64,000 nt of DNA from Squalus acanthias (Eukaryota): contig CM059432.1 of NCBI GenBank assembly GCA_030390025.1, positions 81,346,001-81,410,000 of the forward strand, written 5' to 3'. Both the position numbers and the translations under genes were made by a program. Below the pieces are notes generated by a model, which saw only the letters and a program-made list of their open reading frames with translations, was not told where the DNA came from and did not search any database. Shown piece by piece: positions 37,647 through 50,328 of this stretch. Within the stretch, counting starts at the first letter, position 1, and every line of letters starts with the position of its first letter.

Positions 37647-37988
37647 TGCCAGGAAATTCGATAAAGCCCGAAAACAGGCGCAGGCACCGCGAGGCGAAAT
37701 TTGCTCGCGCCCGTTTAGTAAGCGCAGGCAGCACATCAATTTGGTCCTCAGCAGACGGCCCAAGATCACATGGTTTGGAGAGGGCAATGTGCAGAGCGGC
37801 AATGTCCAAAATCGCAGTCGTGCATCAATTCAGGCATTGCACGCCAAATGACGTCAGGATCTGCATATTTACATGTGAGAGGCGAGCACAGGCAATGGCA
37901 GTGCTAACGACCTCCCCAAAATGGCGGCCGCCATGTTTCAACAAAACCAACCTTAACGACCGGCGCTACACCCCCGAATTTCACGGCC
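37647..37988. mobile_element. 342-bp Harbinger MITE, deletion derivative of the 57244-59366 family
   Basis: Ends TGCCAGGAAATTCG and rc GGCCGTGAAATTCG. TSD AGT (37644-37646, 37989-37991). Confidence 0.8.
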
Positions 37989-38052
37989 AGTATGTTCTAC
38001 ACTAAAGTAGACAAGTTCTTTGCTTTATGGTATTGTTTAGTTATCTACAGTT

Positions 38053-38243
38053 GGGGATGAAAATGGTCAACACTAGTAGCTCAAAACGGGCTGATAGCAA
38101 ATCGGCAGCTGGTTTTACGCTGTGATTTTTTGTTTTTATCCCACTGGAAGTCAATGTAAAAACAGAATCAGGTGTGGTGTAAAGCTGGCTGTCGATGCGC
38201 TATCAGCACACTTTGTGTTACTGGCGTTGACCAGTATATGCCC
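38053..38243. mobile_element. ~190-bp fold-back MITE
   Basis: Arms GCTGATAGC..ATCG..TTTAC..TGATT..TGTTTTTA pair with 38156-38207. AGTT on both sides. Confidence 0.65.
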
Positions 38244-38868
38244 AGTTATTCTTAAGTCCTAAAATGGAAGCAGCAAGTACACTATTGGAGATAGTACTGA
38301 GATTATTCCACACTAGAGTGATTCCTTTTTAATTGAAGGCACAAAGTTCATTTTTTTATTGAAAATTAAAATGTGTTGATGTTGTAGACAAAACAAATTA
38401 AAAGCATTGGATGATGTTGATACATGGAAGCTTACCTCAGATAAGTTAGATCTGATGGAGCTGATTTTCAGGTTCTGGAATAAGTCAGTTCTAAATAGTT
38501 AATGCAAATCTCACCAGAATAGCAATGCACTAATGGAACTCAGTTCTCCCAGGTCAGCCCATTTGGTTAATTATTTACAGGTGCAGATATGGATATGCTT
38601 GCAAATATGGTTGTTGGCATCTTGATGGGCTTTGCTGGCTGACGATTACCCTGGTATACCGTGATTGAAGTGGTTCCAAAGAACCATCCAACATATTAAT
38701 CAGGCCTTCACATATCACATCTGTGCCATCAGGTCTGCTTTCACAAATTTCCTTGGGAATAGGAAGCTATGAGGCACTTAACATTTGCTAGAGAAAAAGT
38801 GAGGAACCTCCATCGGATAGTTGATAGGTGGCACCAGTGGAGCTCGAAAAAAAGCAGTAGAGTGGTCT

Positions 38869-41086
38869 GCACAGAGTGATCTTAAATGGAGTGCTTCTAA
38901 CCAGAGTGTTAAACTTGGGAATTTGGAGAGAGTGGGAGTCTCTGGTAAGTACTGGGTGAGTCTGGGTGACTATTAGCTGTAAAAAGTGAAATTTAATTTA
39001 ACATTTTGAATTTAACTTAGAACTTTAAAAACTGTAGTTAACAGAAACAGTCTGTCAGTGGCAGGTAACTGTCAGTCAGTTGTAAGTGTTTGTCTTGAAT
39101 AGGTGCTAATTACTGTGAGCAGGGAGCTGAGTCAGCACTTGTAACTTGGGTGTGGCTCCACGGGTATAAAAGTAAACACTATCTGCTGATGCACAGAGTG
39201 ATCTTAAACAGAGTGCTTCTAATCAGAGTGTTAAACTTGGGAATTTGGAGAGAGTGGGTTTTCAGAGCAGAGGGGGAATGAGGTGCTGGTTTTTGCCTCC
39301 AATACTTGTAATGCTTTGTGTTACAGGTAAATATTTAATTTCATCTACCTAGTACTTAAACTAGATTGAGCAATTAGTTAACAACTAAACTATAAGCTAA
39401 GTTAATTAACTGCATACATTTTAATTAACTAAATAAATAAAACAAGGTTATAAAGGGATGGCAGTGCAGGTGATTTGCTGCAACTGCAGCACGTGGGAGT
39501 TTGTGAAAAGCATTGCAATCCTGGACGACCACGTCTGCAGTAAGTGTCTACATCTCGAGGAATTTCAGCTCAGAGTTGGTGAGCTGGAGTCCGAGGTGCA
39601 GATATTGTGGGGCATCAAGGAGGGGGAGAATTATCTGGACACTTTGATCCAGGAGGCAATCACACCCTTTAGGTTAGGTAGTGGATTGGAAGGTAGCAAA
39701 TGTAACCCCACTATTCAAGAAAGGAGGGAGAGAGCAAATGGGGAACTACAGGCCAGTTAGCCTGACATCAGTCGTCAGGAAAATTCTGGAATGCATTATT
39801 AAGGAAGTAGTAACAGGGTACTTAGAAAATCATAATATGATTAGGCATAGTCAACATGGATTTATGAAAGGGAACTCGTGTTCAACAAATGTATTAGAGT
39901 TGTTTGAGAATGTAACTAGCAGGGTAGATAAAGGGGAACCAGTGGGTGTAGTATATTTGGATTTCCAAAAGGCATTCGATAAGGTGCCACATAAAAAGTT
40001 GCTATGCAAGATAAGTGCTCATGGGGTTGAGGGTAATATATTAGCATGGATAAAGGATTGGTTAATGGACTGAAAACAGAGAGAAGGGATAAATGCGTCA
40101 TTTTCCCGTTGGCAGGCAACTAGTGGGGTTCCGCAAGGATCAGTGCTTGGGCCTCAGCTATTTATAATCTATATTAATGACTTAGATGAATAGACCAAGT
40201 GCAATGTATCCAAGTTTGCTGATGATACAAAGCTAGGTGGGAAAGTAAGCTGTGAGGAGATCACAAAGAGTCTGCAAAGGGATATAGACAGGTTAAGTGA
40301 GTGGGCAGTAAGGCGGCAGATGGAGTATAATATGGGGAAATGTGAGGTTATTCACTTTGGTAGAAAGAATAGAAAAACTGAATATTTTTTAACTGGTGAG
40401 ACACTATTAAATGTTGGTGTTCAGAGAGGTTTAGGAAACACAGAAAGTTAACATGCAGGTACAGCAAGCAATTAGGAAGGCAACTGGCATGTTGGCATTT
40501 ATTGCAAGGGGGTTGGAGTATAAGAGTAAGGAAGTCTTACTACAATTGTACAGGGCTTTAGTGAGACCACATCTGGAGTACTGAGCACAGTTTTGGTCTC
40601 CTTATCTGAGGAAGAACATACTTGAGTAGAGGCGGTGCAACGAAGGTTCACTAGATTAATTCCTGGGATAAGAGGGTTGTCCTATGAGGAGAGATTGAGT
40701 AGATTGGGCCTATACTCTGGAGTTTAGAAGAATGAGAGGTGATCTCATTGAAACATATAAGAATCTGAGGGGGATTGACAGGGTGGATGCTGTGAGGTTG
40801 ACTCCGCTGGCTGGAGAGTCTAAAACTAGGGGCATAGACTCAGGATAAGGGATCGGCTATTTAAGACTGTGATGAGGAGGAAGTTCTTCACTCAATGGGT
40901 TGTGAATCTTTGGAATTCTCTACTCCAAAGCGCTGTGGATGCTGAGATAGATAGATTTTTGGACTCTATAGGGATCGAGCGGGAAAGTGGAGTTGAGGTC
41001 GAAGATCAGCCATGATCTTATTGAATGGCGGAATAGGCTCGAATGGCTGTATGGCCTACTCCTGCTCCTAATTCTTATTCTTATGT
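38869..41086 (+). mobile_element. CR1 with duplicated 5' UTR block and ORF1 N-terminus joined directly to RT (large internal deletion)
   Basis: ~68-bp block at ~38869 and ~39191. ORF1 MAVQVICCNCSTW..HVCSKC at 39458. RT DWKVANVTP starts at ~39681. Tail at ~41086. Confidence 0.85.
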
Positions 41087-41639
41087 AGCAATTACGACAA
41101 GGACTCATGAAAGTCCAGGTGCAAGCAGGGACATGAACACAAAAATTCAGAATATCAGTGCACAAATTACCTTAAACAGCGGAATAAATCTTTTTGCTTA
41201 GCCCTTTTCATTTACCTCCATATAGAGCCCAGCCACCCTGGATCCCCATTATAGATGGTATCTTCTGCTGTAAGGGCCAGAAATTATGTGGAAGTCCTTA
41301 AGACACTACTTTAACATCATATAAATACTAAGATCCTCCTGTGAATTTCTGGTGGGAGCTTCTACCACCTGCCCCAAGTCCCTCTGGAAGCTTGTGGCAC
41401 GCAAAATGGGCATATATCCATCAAGATGGATCTCGGCCCATTTGTACACTCCCTTGCAGCCTTTCTGTGCCCATTTCTGAGACACCAGAGACTAAAGTTG
41501 GCTCTGAAATATCTTCCAATACACACACTTGGGTCTTATTTATTTAACGCACATGTTTATGACTATGCTGTTTGAGTTTAATTATTGCTTAAAGATGATG
41601 TGAGTGTCTCGAACTGAGTTATGTGTTCTTTTGGAACAG

Positions 41640-41713
41640 CTCCATTGCTTGGGGTGGAAAGAGTGATGCAAGATGAAGAAGAATTTGAGAGTGCTTCTCA
41701 AGTGTCAGGGCCT
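41640..41713 (+). CDS. Putative internal coding exon of host gene ((S)PLLGVERVMQDEEEFESASQVSGP)
   Basis: Acceptor TTCTTTTGGAACAG, donor GTAAGT at 41714. 74 nt, phase 1 in, phase 0 out. Unique DNA. Confidence 0.7.
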
Positions 41714-42170
41714 GTAAGTAGATTGAATTACAGATGACTTGTCTATCGCGATGGATGATCTGTCATGATAAACCTGCTTGCAAAATCCATTACCAGTCTG
41801 GAGTTTTGTTTGAATTGAATATTTGGTTAAATTTTATTGCACGTATTATGCAAGCCTAAGGGGGAAAATCTGTATAGATTTTTGCTTGATAAAATCAGTA
41901 ATATCTGCAGACTACTTGCTCAAAACAGCTTGCTTACAGGAAATTGATAAACAAGCTCCAGAATCTTTGAAGGCTAATTATCATTGTCAAACTTCTTTTC
42001 ACAGTCTAAGCAGTTTTTTTGTCTATATGTTTATTTTGTCAACAGAAATGTGTAGGAATTTTCCCGAACACACATTATACCCTTAGTTATTACATTTCTG
42101 TTCAGATATTTTGTGCCAGCATTTTGTGACTTAATTTTGTTTTGGGGCATTTTAAAAAAAACAAAACATT

Positions 42171-42613
42171 AAAGAAAGAACTTCCATTTATAGAACACCT
42201 TTCATATCCTCAGGACATTCTAAAACCCTTCACAGCCAATTAAGTACTTTTGAAGTGTAGTCACTGTTGTAACGTAGGCAAACATGGCAATCAATTTGTG
42301 TACAGCAAGATCCTGCAAATAGCAATGATTATAATTTGACAAGATAATCCGATTTAATGTTGTAGGCTGAGGGATAAATGTTGGCCAGAACAACAGGTGA
42401 ACTCTTCTTCAAATAGATCTTTTACATCCAACTGAGAGAGCAGATGGAACTTCAGTTTAACGTCTCATCTAAAAGACAGCACCTCCAACAGTGCAGCACT
42501 CCCTCAGTATTGTACCGAAATGTCAGACTAGATTATGTGCTCAAGTCTTTGGAGTGGGGTTTGAACCCATGATCTTCTGACTCCAAGCGCTACCACTAAG
42601 CCAAGCCTGACAC
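42171..42613 (-). mobile_element. DeuSINE copy (more diverged)
   Basis: Colinear with 18701-19171. Confidence 0.8.
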
Positions 42614-42869
42614 TTTAAGGTGGGATGCAACTTGTAACACAGCTATGTAAAAGTATAAAGTACAGACTTTTATTAAAAAATAAGATAATAACTTTGATGA
42701 AATCAGATTACTAATGTTTATGTTTCAGATATCACACATACAGAAGCCCTTACATATAGCACCTCATCTTTCGATTAGGCACTCTACAACCCTCTGGACT
42801 CAACATAAAGTTCAACAATTTCAGATCATAACCCCGGTCCCTATCACATATATATATATTTATTTTTTA

Positions 42870-43250
42870 TCCACACTTTTGTTTGGCCTTTTTTCTTCCC
42901 TCCCACATGGCAGCTGTCCTTCATTCTGCCAGCGCAATTCACACTTCATTTAGAGCCATCCTTTGTTTCTTAACCTGTCCCATTTCCACCTCCTCTTGCC
43001 TTGAATATCTCTTAATGTCTCTCAATGTCTCTTAATCTCTCCTGCTTTCCATCCTATCACTGACCTTCCCTTTTGTTCTTTCATCCCCTCCCCCTTTTCC
43101 CAGCCCTAACTTGCTTTAAAATCTATTTCATTTCCTGCTTTTTTCCAGTTCTGACGAAAGGTCTTCGACCTGAAACGTTAACTCTGTTTCTCTCTCCACG
43201 GATGCTGCCTGGCCTGCTGAGTTTTTCCAGCGTTTTCTGTTGTTATTTCC
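42870..43250 (+). mobile_element. Penelope-like element terminal (pseudo-LTR) fragment
   Basis: Pyrimidine-rich tract, then CTGACGAAAGGTC..GACCTGAAACG and GGATGCTGCCTGGCCTGCTGAG. Family assignment rests on recognition of this motif. Confidence 0.6.
43147..43183 (+). ncRNA. Minimal type-I hammerhead ribozyme-like motif
   Basis: Stem I AGUU/AACU, core CUGACGA, stem II AGGUC-UUC-GACCU, GAAA, vestigial palindromic stem III (ACGU), GUU cleavage triplet. Confidence 0.55.
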
Positions 43251-43389
43251 TTACATATAGTGATTGGAGAGAGCTTAAATCACTCTGAATTAGGTCTAAC
43301 TGTACATATGCTTCTCTCATGACCATCTGGTCAACTCGCTCAACAGATTCTCACTACTTTTTTTCTGGCAAACTACAGTTTTCAGGTGT

Positions 43390-44230
43390 AACAGTTGGCT
43401 GCAGTCTGTGGAGTTCCACAGGGATTTGGTCAGAGTTTCCTGCTATTCACACTATTCATAAACAATTTGGAGAATTACACATTACATTATAAAAATTGTT
43501 GATGGTATCACATTTGTAAGGAAAATAAACAGCATTCAGAAGAGATTTATATAAATTAAGCAAATGGGTTAAGGAATGGGAAATAGATTTTAATTTTCAA
43601 ACAGGAACTATGTAAATGTGTAACCAATGAAGGGGTTCTATTTTGCATGGGTCAATGGCACAGCCCAATTCCAGGGCACCACAGAGAATTGGTGTCCTTT
43701 AGTAAAAGTAAGGAAGGAAAATGATTCTTCTATGATTATTGACCAATCACTGAAGGCTTCCACTCAACAGAAAGTTATCAGCAAAACTAATCAAATATGA
43801 GGATTAACCTGCATGGAACTTGTTTACAATTCAAAACAAGCGATTCTAACACTGTAAAGACTACTGATGAGGCCACATTTGGAATATTAGGACAAATTCT
43901 GCGATCCCGCACTGGCAGGCAGCATATGTCAGAAAATTATAGCTCTGCTGCTTTTGAGCTTTGTCACTGGGTGTGTTCGAAAGCAGAGTCAGCCCTATCT
44001 TCTGCAGTTTTGGGCATTCTACCTTCAATAAGCTACTGACATTTTGGCGAGGGTTCAAAGATGAGAAATAGGAATGGTTCCAGGATTTAGTACTCCATAT
44101 TATGCGGGGCGACCCACAGAACTGAACTTATTTTCACTGAAGAAGATTGGGAGAGGAGGGTGACATGCTGAGAAGCTTGGATGATGTGGATGAATGCAGA
44201 CTATTTAGTCAGTAATTTCAGAAGTAGGAC
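43390..44230 (+). mobile_element. Highly decayed CR1-like RT fragment
   Basis: GGAGTTCCACAGGG (GVPQG), ATAAACAATTTGG and AGGCCACATTTGGAATAT (RPHLEY) remnants. Confidence 0.6.
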
Positions 44231-44856
44231 GCATGTAGAATCATAGAATGATACAGCACCGAAGGAGGCCATTCGGCCTATTGTGCCTGTGCTAGCTCTT
44301 TGAAAGAGCTATCCAATTATTCCCATTCTTCTGCTCTTTCCCATAGCCTTGTAAATTTTTCCACTTCAACTATTTATCCAATTCCCTTTTGAAAGTTATT
44401 ATTGAATCCACATAGGACAGGGTTGGACTTAGGCAGTGCATTCCAGATCATAACAAATTGTTGCATAAAAATGTTTTCCTCATGTTGCTTCTGGTTCTTT
44501 TGCCAATTACCTTAAATCTGTGCCCTCTGATTACCGACCCTTCTGCCACTGGAAACAGTTTCTCCTTATTTACCCTATCAAAACCCTTCATGATTTTGAA
44601 CACTTCTATCAAATCTCCCCTTAATCTTCTCTGCTCTAAGGAGAAAACCCCAGTTTCTCTAGTCTCTCCACGTAACTGAAGTCCATAATCCCTGATACCA
44701 TTCTAGTAACTTTCCTCTGCACCCTATCTAAAGCCTTGACATCCTTAAAGTGTGGTGCCCATAATTGGACACAATACTCCAGCTGGGGCCTAACCAGTGT
44801 TTTATAAAGGTTTAGCATAACTTTCTTGATTTTGTACTCAATGCCTCTATTTATAA

Positions 44857-45038
44857 AAGAAAAAATAAAGACTTGCATTTATATAGCGCCTTTCACGACC
44901 ACCAGACATCTCAAAGCGCTTTACAGCCAATGAAGTACTTTTGAAGTGGAGTCACTGTTGTAATGTGGGAAATGCGGCAGCCAATTTGCGCTCAGCAAGG
45001 TCCCACAAACAACAATGTGATAATGACCAGATAATCTG
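44857..45038 (-). mobile_element. DeuSINE 3' half
   Basis: Deu core and tail. TTATAAA on both sides. Confidence 0.8.
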
Positions 45039-46435
45039 TTATAAAGCCAAAGATCCCGCATGCCTTTTTAACAGCCTTCTCAACTTGCCCTGCCATGTTC
45101 AAAGACTTGTGTATGTACACCCTCATGTCGCTCTGTTCCTGCACCCTGCTAAAATTATACCATTTAGTTTATACTGCTTCTCATTCTTCCTACCAAAATG
45201 AATCACTTCACATTTCTCTGTGTTAAATTTCATCTGCCATGTGTCTGCCCATTTCACCAGTCTGTCTATATACTCCTGAAGTCTGTTACTATCCTCCTCA
45301 CTGATTACTACATTTCCAAATTTCGTGTCATCTGCAAACTTTGAAATGATGCCTTGCATACCCAAATCCAGGTCATTAATATATATCAAAAAGAGCCATG
45401 ATCCCAACATTGACCTCTGGGGGACACCACTGCACATTTCCTTCCAGTCTGAAAAATAGCCGTTCACCACTACTCTCTGCTTTCTGTCCCTCAGCCAATG
45501 TTGTATCCACGCAGCCGCTGCCCCTTTAATCCCATGGGCTTCAATTTTGCGAACAAATCTATTATGTGGCACTTTATCAAACGCCTTTTGAAATCCATAT
45601 GCGCAACATCAACCGCACTACCCTCATCCACCCTCTCTGTTACTTCATCAATTAAGTTAGTCAAACATGATTTGCCTTTAACAAATCCATCCTGGCTTTC
45701 ATTTATTAACCCATATTTTTCCAAATGCCAATTAATTTTGTCCCGAGTTAATGTCTCTAAAACTTTCCCCACCAGCAACGTTAAGCTGACTGGCCTGTAG
45801 TTGCCGGGTTTAGCAACCTAGGATGCATCCAATCAGACCGGGTGACTTTTCTACTTTGGCCACTGCCAACCTTTTAAGTACCTCCTCTTTATCTATTTTA
45901 ATCCTATCCAATTTCTCTACTACATCCTCCTTTACTGTGACATTGGTAGCATCCTCTTTAGTGAAGACAGATGCAAAATTCTCATTTAGTACCTCAGCCA
46001 TACCCTCTTCCTCCACAAGAAGAGCTCCTTTTTGTCCCTAATTGGCCCCACCCTCCCTTTTACTATTTATGTCTTTCTAAAAGACTTTGGATTCCCTTTT
46101 ATGTTACCCGCTAATCTATTCTCGTACACTCTCTTTGCCCCTCTTATTTCATTTTTCTGTTCTCCCCTGTACTTTTTGTATTCAGCTTGGTTCTCTACTG
46201 AATTATGAGCCCAACATTTGCCATAAGCCTCCTTTTTCTGTTTCATTTTAATCTCTATTTTTAGTCATCCAGGGAGCTCTAGCTTTGGATGCCCATCTTT
46301 TCCCCCTGGTGGGAATATGTCTAGTCTGTACCCGAACTATCTCCTCTTTGAAGGCCTTCCATTGCTCATTTACTGTTTTACCGGCCAATCTTTGATTCCA
46401 ATCCACCTGGGCCAAATCCCTTTTCAACTGACTAG

Positions 46436-46843
46436 GTGTCAGCTGCGGCTCAGTGGGTAGCACTTTCTCCTCTGAGTCAGAAGGTTGTGGGCACAAAAAT
46501 CTAGACTGACAGTACTGAGGGTGTGCTGCACTGTCAGAGGTGTTGTTTTTAGATGATACATTAAACTGAGGCCTCGTCTGCTCTCTCAGGTGGATATAAA
46601 AGACCCCATGATGCTATTATCCCTGGTGTCCTGGCCAATATTTATCCCTCAATCAACAACACTAAAACAGATTATTTAGTCAATATCACATTGCTATTTG
46701 TGGGAGCTTGCTGTGTGCAAATTGGCTGCTGCGTTTCCTACATTACAACAATGACTGTACTTCATTGGCTGTAAAGCGCTTTGGGACGTCCAGTGGTCGT
46801 GAAAGGAGCTATATAAATGCAAGTCTTTCTTTTTCTTTCTTTT
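46436..46843 (+). mobile_element. DeuSINE copy (B box deleted)
   Basis: Head GTGTCAGCTGCGGCTCAGTGGGTAG, Deu core, tail GCTATATAAATGCAAGTCTTTC. TTTTCA(A)CTGAC on both sides. Confidence 0.85.
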
Positions 46844-48399
46844 CACTGACATTAGCCCTCCTCCAGTATAAAATTAACAATTGACAGTATAGACACAAAT
46901 GATCAACACAACAGTTTCTGTAGTGCTCAGAGCATGGAAATGTCATATATGAAAATGAACTAGTCAGGTCTGAATAAAGGAGGTGTAGGAACAGTTAAAT
47001 ATTCTGGAATTTCACTCAATTACCTCAGGGGAATCAAGAAAACAATTAGCAGAATTTTCCTTCAGGAGATTAAATAAATTGAGTAGGGCCTATGGTAAAT
47101 AATACACCCTGAATACCCACAGTTTTGAATTTAATTAATAGCCGCTCATGTGATACTTTATCAGAAACCTTTTGGAAGTGAGGTACACCACATCATAGAG
47201 TTTACCACTCTACACATGGGTTGCCATATCCTCAAAGAAGTCAAGGAGGTTGGTCAGGCAGGATCTTCCCCTTCTGAATCCAGGCTGACTGCTATTAACT
47301 AGATTATTGTTGTATATTTGATCCTCAGTTTCCCACACTAACCATTATTAGCTGCTGTCTGAATGGAAATTACCAACTAGTAAGCAACTTAATATGCTGA
47401 ATAGAAAACTCCCACCAATCCAAATCTCACTCAATTCAAACTGTGATAGGCCTGTTCCTTTTGAAAATGCGCTTTTGTGAACGCACAATGCATCATCAGG
47501 ACATCTATGATAGGAACCACAGCAATACAGGTGGACTTAATCATTTTATTTCAATAAAATTTTAAAAATCCACTAGCTAATGGAAAGCTGCTTTCTAGTT
47601 TTAAGGCCATCATTCCCTAGATGCATCAACTTTGAAACCGTGGTATGGGTTTAAACAGGGTTGCAGCACTGGTAGAAAATGGTGAATGACTATTTGTTTG
47701 TTTCTGTCACCACACTGTATCTTGCTCCCATCCTATTTTTTTTTCCACCAAATTTTTTCTCTACCTCCTCGCCTGCAGATGTTAACTTTGTAGTGGGTCC
47801 AGTTCCATGGGCACTGACAACTTCAGGCACCTCACCCAAATGGCTGTCCTCCATGTGTTAGCATAGACAGTGAATAGTGTCTGGCTGTTCTACTATCTGA
47901 GGCATCACATCTGAGCTCAATCCTGTGCTTGCTCAATGTTTACATATACACTTCCAGTAGGGGTTACTGAATAGTAAGTAAAAGCAGGAGCCCTGGACAT
48001 TTTTGCCTTTCGCTACTGCTGCCCTGATTGAGATAATCTAACTCACCATGGACTGAAGATCAAACCCGGGACCATGCTGATTTGTATTACTCAGACATTC
48101 ACTAACTCCTAGCTGAGCTATCCGAGGCTAACAGAGAAGACTTAAGCTAAAGAAATGAAAATGTGCTCACCATTCAAGGAGAGCTGGACTTCATGGTAAG
48201 ATTTAACTTTGGAGGTGAGATTCAATATGAAGATTGCACAGTGAGGAAAGGAATTTGATATTATTTCATCAAGGATGGATGATCAATCTGGAAGCTGAAA
48301 TCTTTTTTCAAATTCATTTTTGGAATGTGGGTGGTGCTGGCAAGACTGCCTATGACCTCTACACCACAACTTGGACATGGGGAAGAAGCAATTTATGGC

Positions 48400-49530
48400 A
48401 CTGATTGATTCGCTGCACTTTGCTACTTGGACAGCCTGGCTCTCTATTCTCTCAGAATCAATTTAGCAGCAGAGGAAAGTTGCAAAGTTGAAAAGTGAAT
48501 CTGAGCTGTGATACTTTGAGGAATGGCTGAACATGCGAGAGAGCGAGCACCAAGATTTTCAGACAATGCACTGGAGGTCTTGGTGCAAGACGTGGAGAGA
48601 GGAGAGACATCCTGTATCTGTAGCAAGGCAGGAGACCTTCCAGACATATGCTCAGGAGGAAGTGGGAAGAAGTTGCAGCGGAGTTCAATGCCAGGAGTGT
48701 TGCTCCAAAAGTAAGGATGCAGTGCAGGAAGAAGTTTAACAATCTGACACGAGTTGTCAGGTGAGTGAATTCATCTTCAAATGGCATATACTACCAACAG
48801 CAGCTCCAGCTTCATGAAGGGAAGACATCTCATGCATTGGTTGTCGCTGAAGTTGAGGCAAAAGAATTGCTTCCTAAAGACCCTCAGTGGATATGGCCTT
48901 CTGCTGAGAGCACCTCCTCCTCTTCCCTCTTCCAGTAGCTTGTTCTTCTCTGCATGGCCTTCTTCATTCTCCCAGTCATACTCAATTCCCAGAGGAAGCC
49001 CTACCAGGCCATCCATGTCTGGAAACAACTTGTTTCAGCACAAGCTTTTAAATGAACAGGAAAGTACTTCAGCACCAGCCAGACCACTCCCTGTAGACTA
49101 TTCAAACTTTAACCAAGTACAGGAAAACTGCAAAAACACATAGAATTGCACCAGCAGCCAGAAGAAATAATCCAGCAACTGTCCTGTAAGTAGTTCATGA
49201 TCCCTTTAAATAGCGCTGCTGGTGGTACTTCATTCTGCTTAAAGTCGTGTTCAGCTGTGCGAGGTTAAAACAGGACATTGGCTGGAGTGTGGAGTTTAAA
49301 AATGGCAGCGCTGGCGTCAAATCGGCGGTGCACATTGATTGACGTCATAATCTGCCTGCTCTGCATGCTGCCGGAGACCAATAGTTGCGCGCGCGGAAAC
49401 CCCTTTACCAAGATGGCATCCTGCGCACTTCCCATCGGAAGTTTGCGCACACATCTAGGACTCCATTTTTGAGTGTTAAGTTGCCGCGTAGTGCCTGAAA
49501 AACGGGTGCTACAGAGCCCAATTTAGCCCC
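48400..49530. mobile_element. Deleted Harbinger remnant (Myb exon 1 on +, transposase N-terminus on -)
   Basis: MAEHARERAPRFSDNALEVLV..CRKKFNNLTRVV then GTGAGT. Minus strand RRPYPLRVFRKQF..FSDNQC. Right end rc GGGGCTAAATTGG. Left end not found. Confidence 0.8.
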
Positions 49531-49559
49531 CGTTGCTTTGGAGAGGGGGTAGTCAAAAG

Positions 49560-50097
49560 GACTAATCCCAAGTGAAAAGTGGATGAGCTATGAAGAAAAA
49601 TTAGAGAAGCACAAGGTTTACATTTCAAAAAGGAGGAGATTATGGGAAGGAACCATTTTGAGGAATATTAAATGGTATAGATAATGTTATTACACAATAT
49701 TACTTCAAATTAAGCCAGAAAAATTATTAGAGTATATAAGTTTAAATTGGTGTAAAGTAAATTTAAAATAGGTAATAGGAAGAACTTGTTCACTCAAAAA
49801 GTAATAAATGTTTGGAACAACCTGCTGGACACGGCAATAGAGCAAAAACTTTAGGGACACTCAAAATTCAGCTGGATGCTAAAAAGGGAGAATTTGCATT
49901 CTAGAGGGATGAGTCAGTTAGTCCAAATGGACTTTTCTTGTCCTTGACTTTTTGTATGGTTTTATATTCATTGTTTAGCCTAAAAGAAGGATATGTTGAT
50001 AGGGTGAGATGAAGTAAATAGAGTGGGTGGAGGCTCATGTGGTGCATAATCACCGGTTGGGTCGAATGGCCTCTTATCGTGCTGTAAATTCTATGTA
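49560..50097 (+). mobile_element. Old CR1 3'-end fragments
   Basis: AGCTATGAAGAAAAATTAGAG and AATGTTTGGAAC remnants, tail GCTGTAAATTCTATGT. Confidence 0.6.
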
Positions 50098-50283
50098 AAA
50101 GGAGCAGTGGAATACACCTCATAGATCAGTGGAATTTAGTGTCTCTTGGCAGAATGTGCTTAATCTCTGTCTACAGACCGACAGATCAATGGAAACTGGT
50201 GCCTCCAGGCAGAATACGCATAATCTCTGTCTCTTTACCAACTGATTCTTCTGATTACATTTTTTTTAATGTGTTTATTTCAG

Positions 50284-50328
50284 ATCAGTTACAGGAAACA
50301 GTCGGTCTCAGGATTGCAATCTTTTTAA
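50284..50328 (+). CDS. Putative terminal coding exon of host gene (ISYRKQSVSGLQSF*)
   Basis: Strong acceptor TTTTTTTTAATGTGTTTATTTCAG. Phase 0 gives 14 codons then TAA. AATAAA ~210 nt downstream. Confidence 0.5.
   Translation: MSYRKQSVSGLQSF

Larger units (their letters stand above)
44236..46870 (-). mobile_element. 5'-truncated CR1 LINE with two SINE insertions
   Basis: 3' tail rc at 44236. RT and tether ORF pieces on - (FADDTK, GKSCLTNL, APWMTK). Confidence 0.9.

Noticed and set aside
38581..38670. Exon-like segment after TTATTTACAG
   Set aside because: All three frames stop within ~90 nt, there is no strong donor, and the flanking exons already join in phase.
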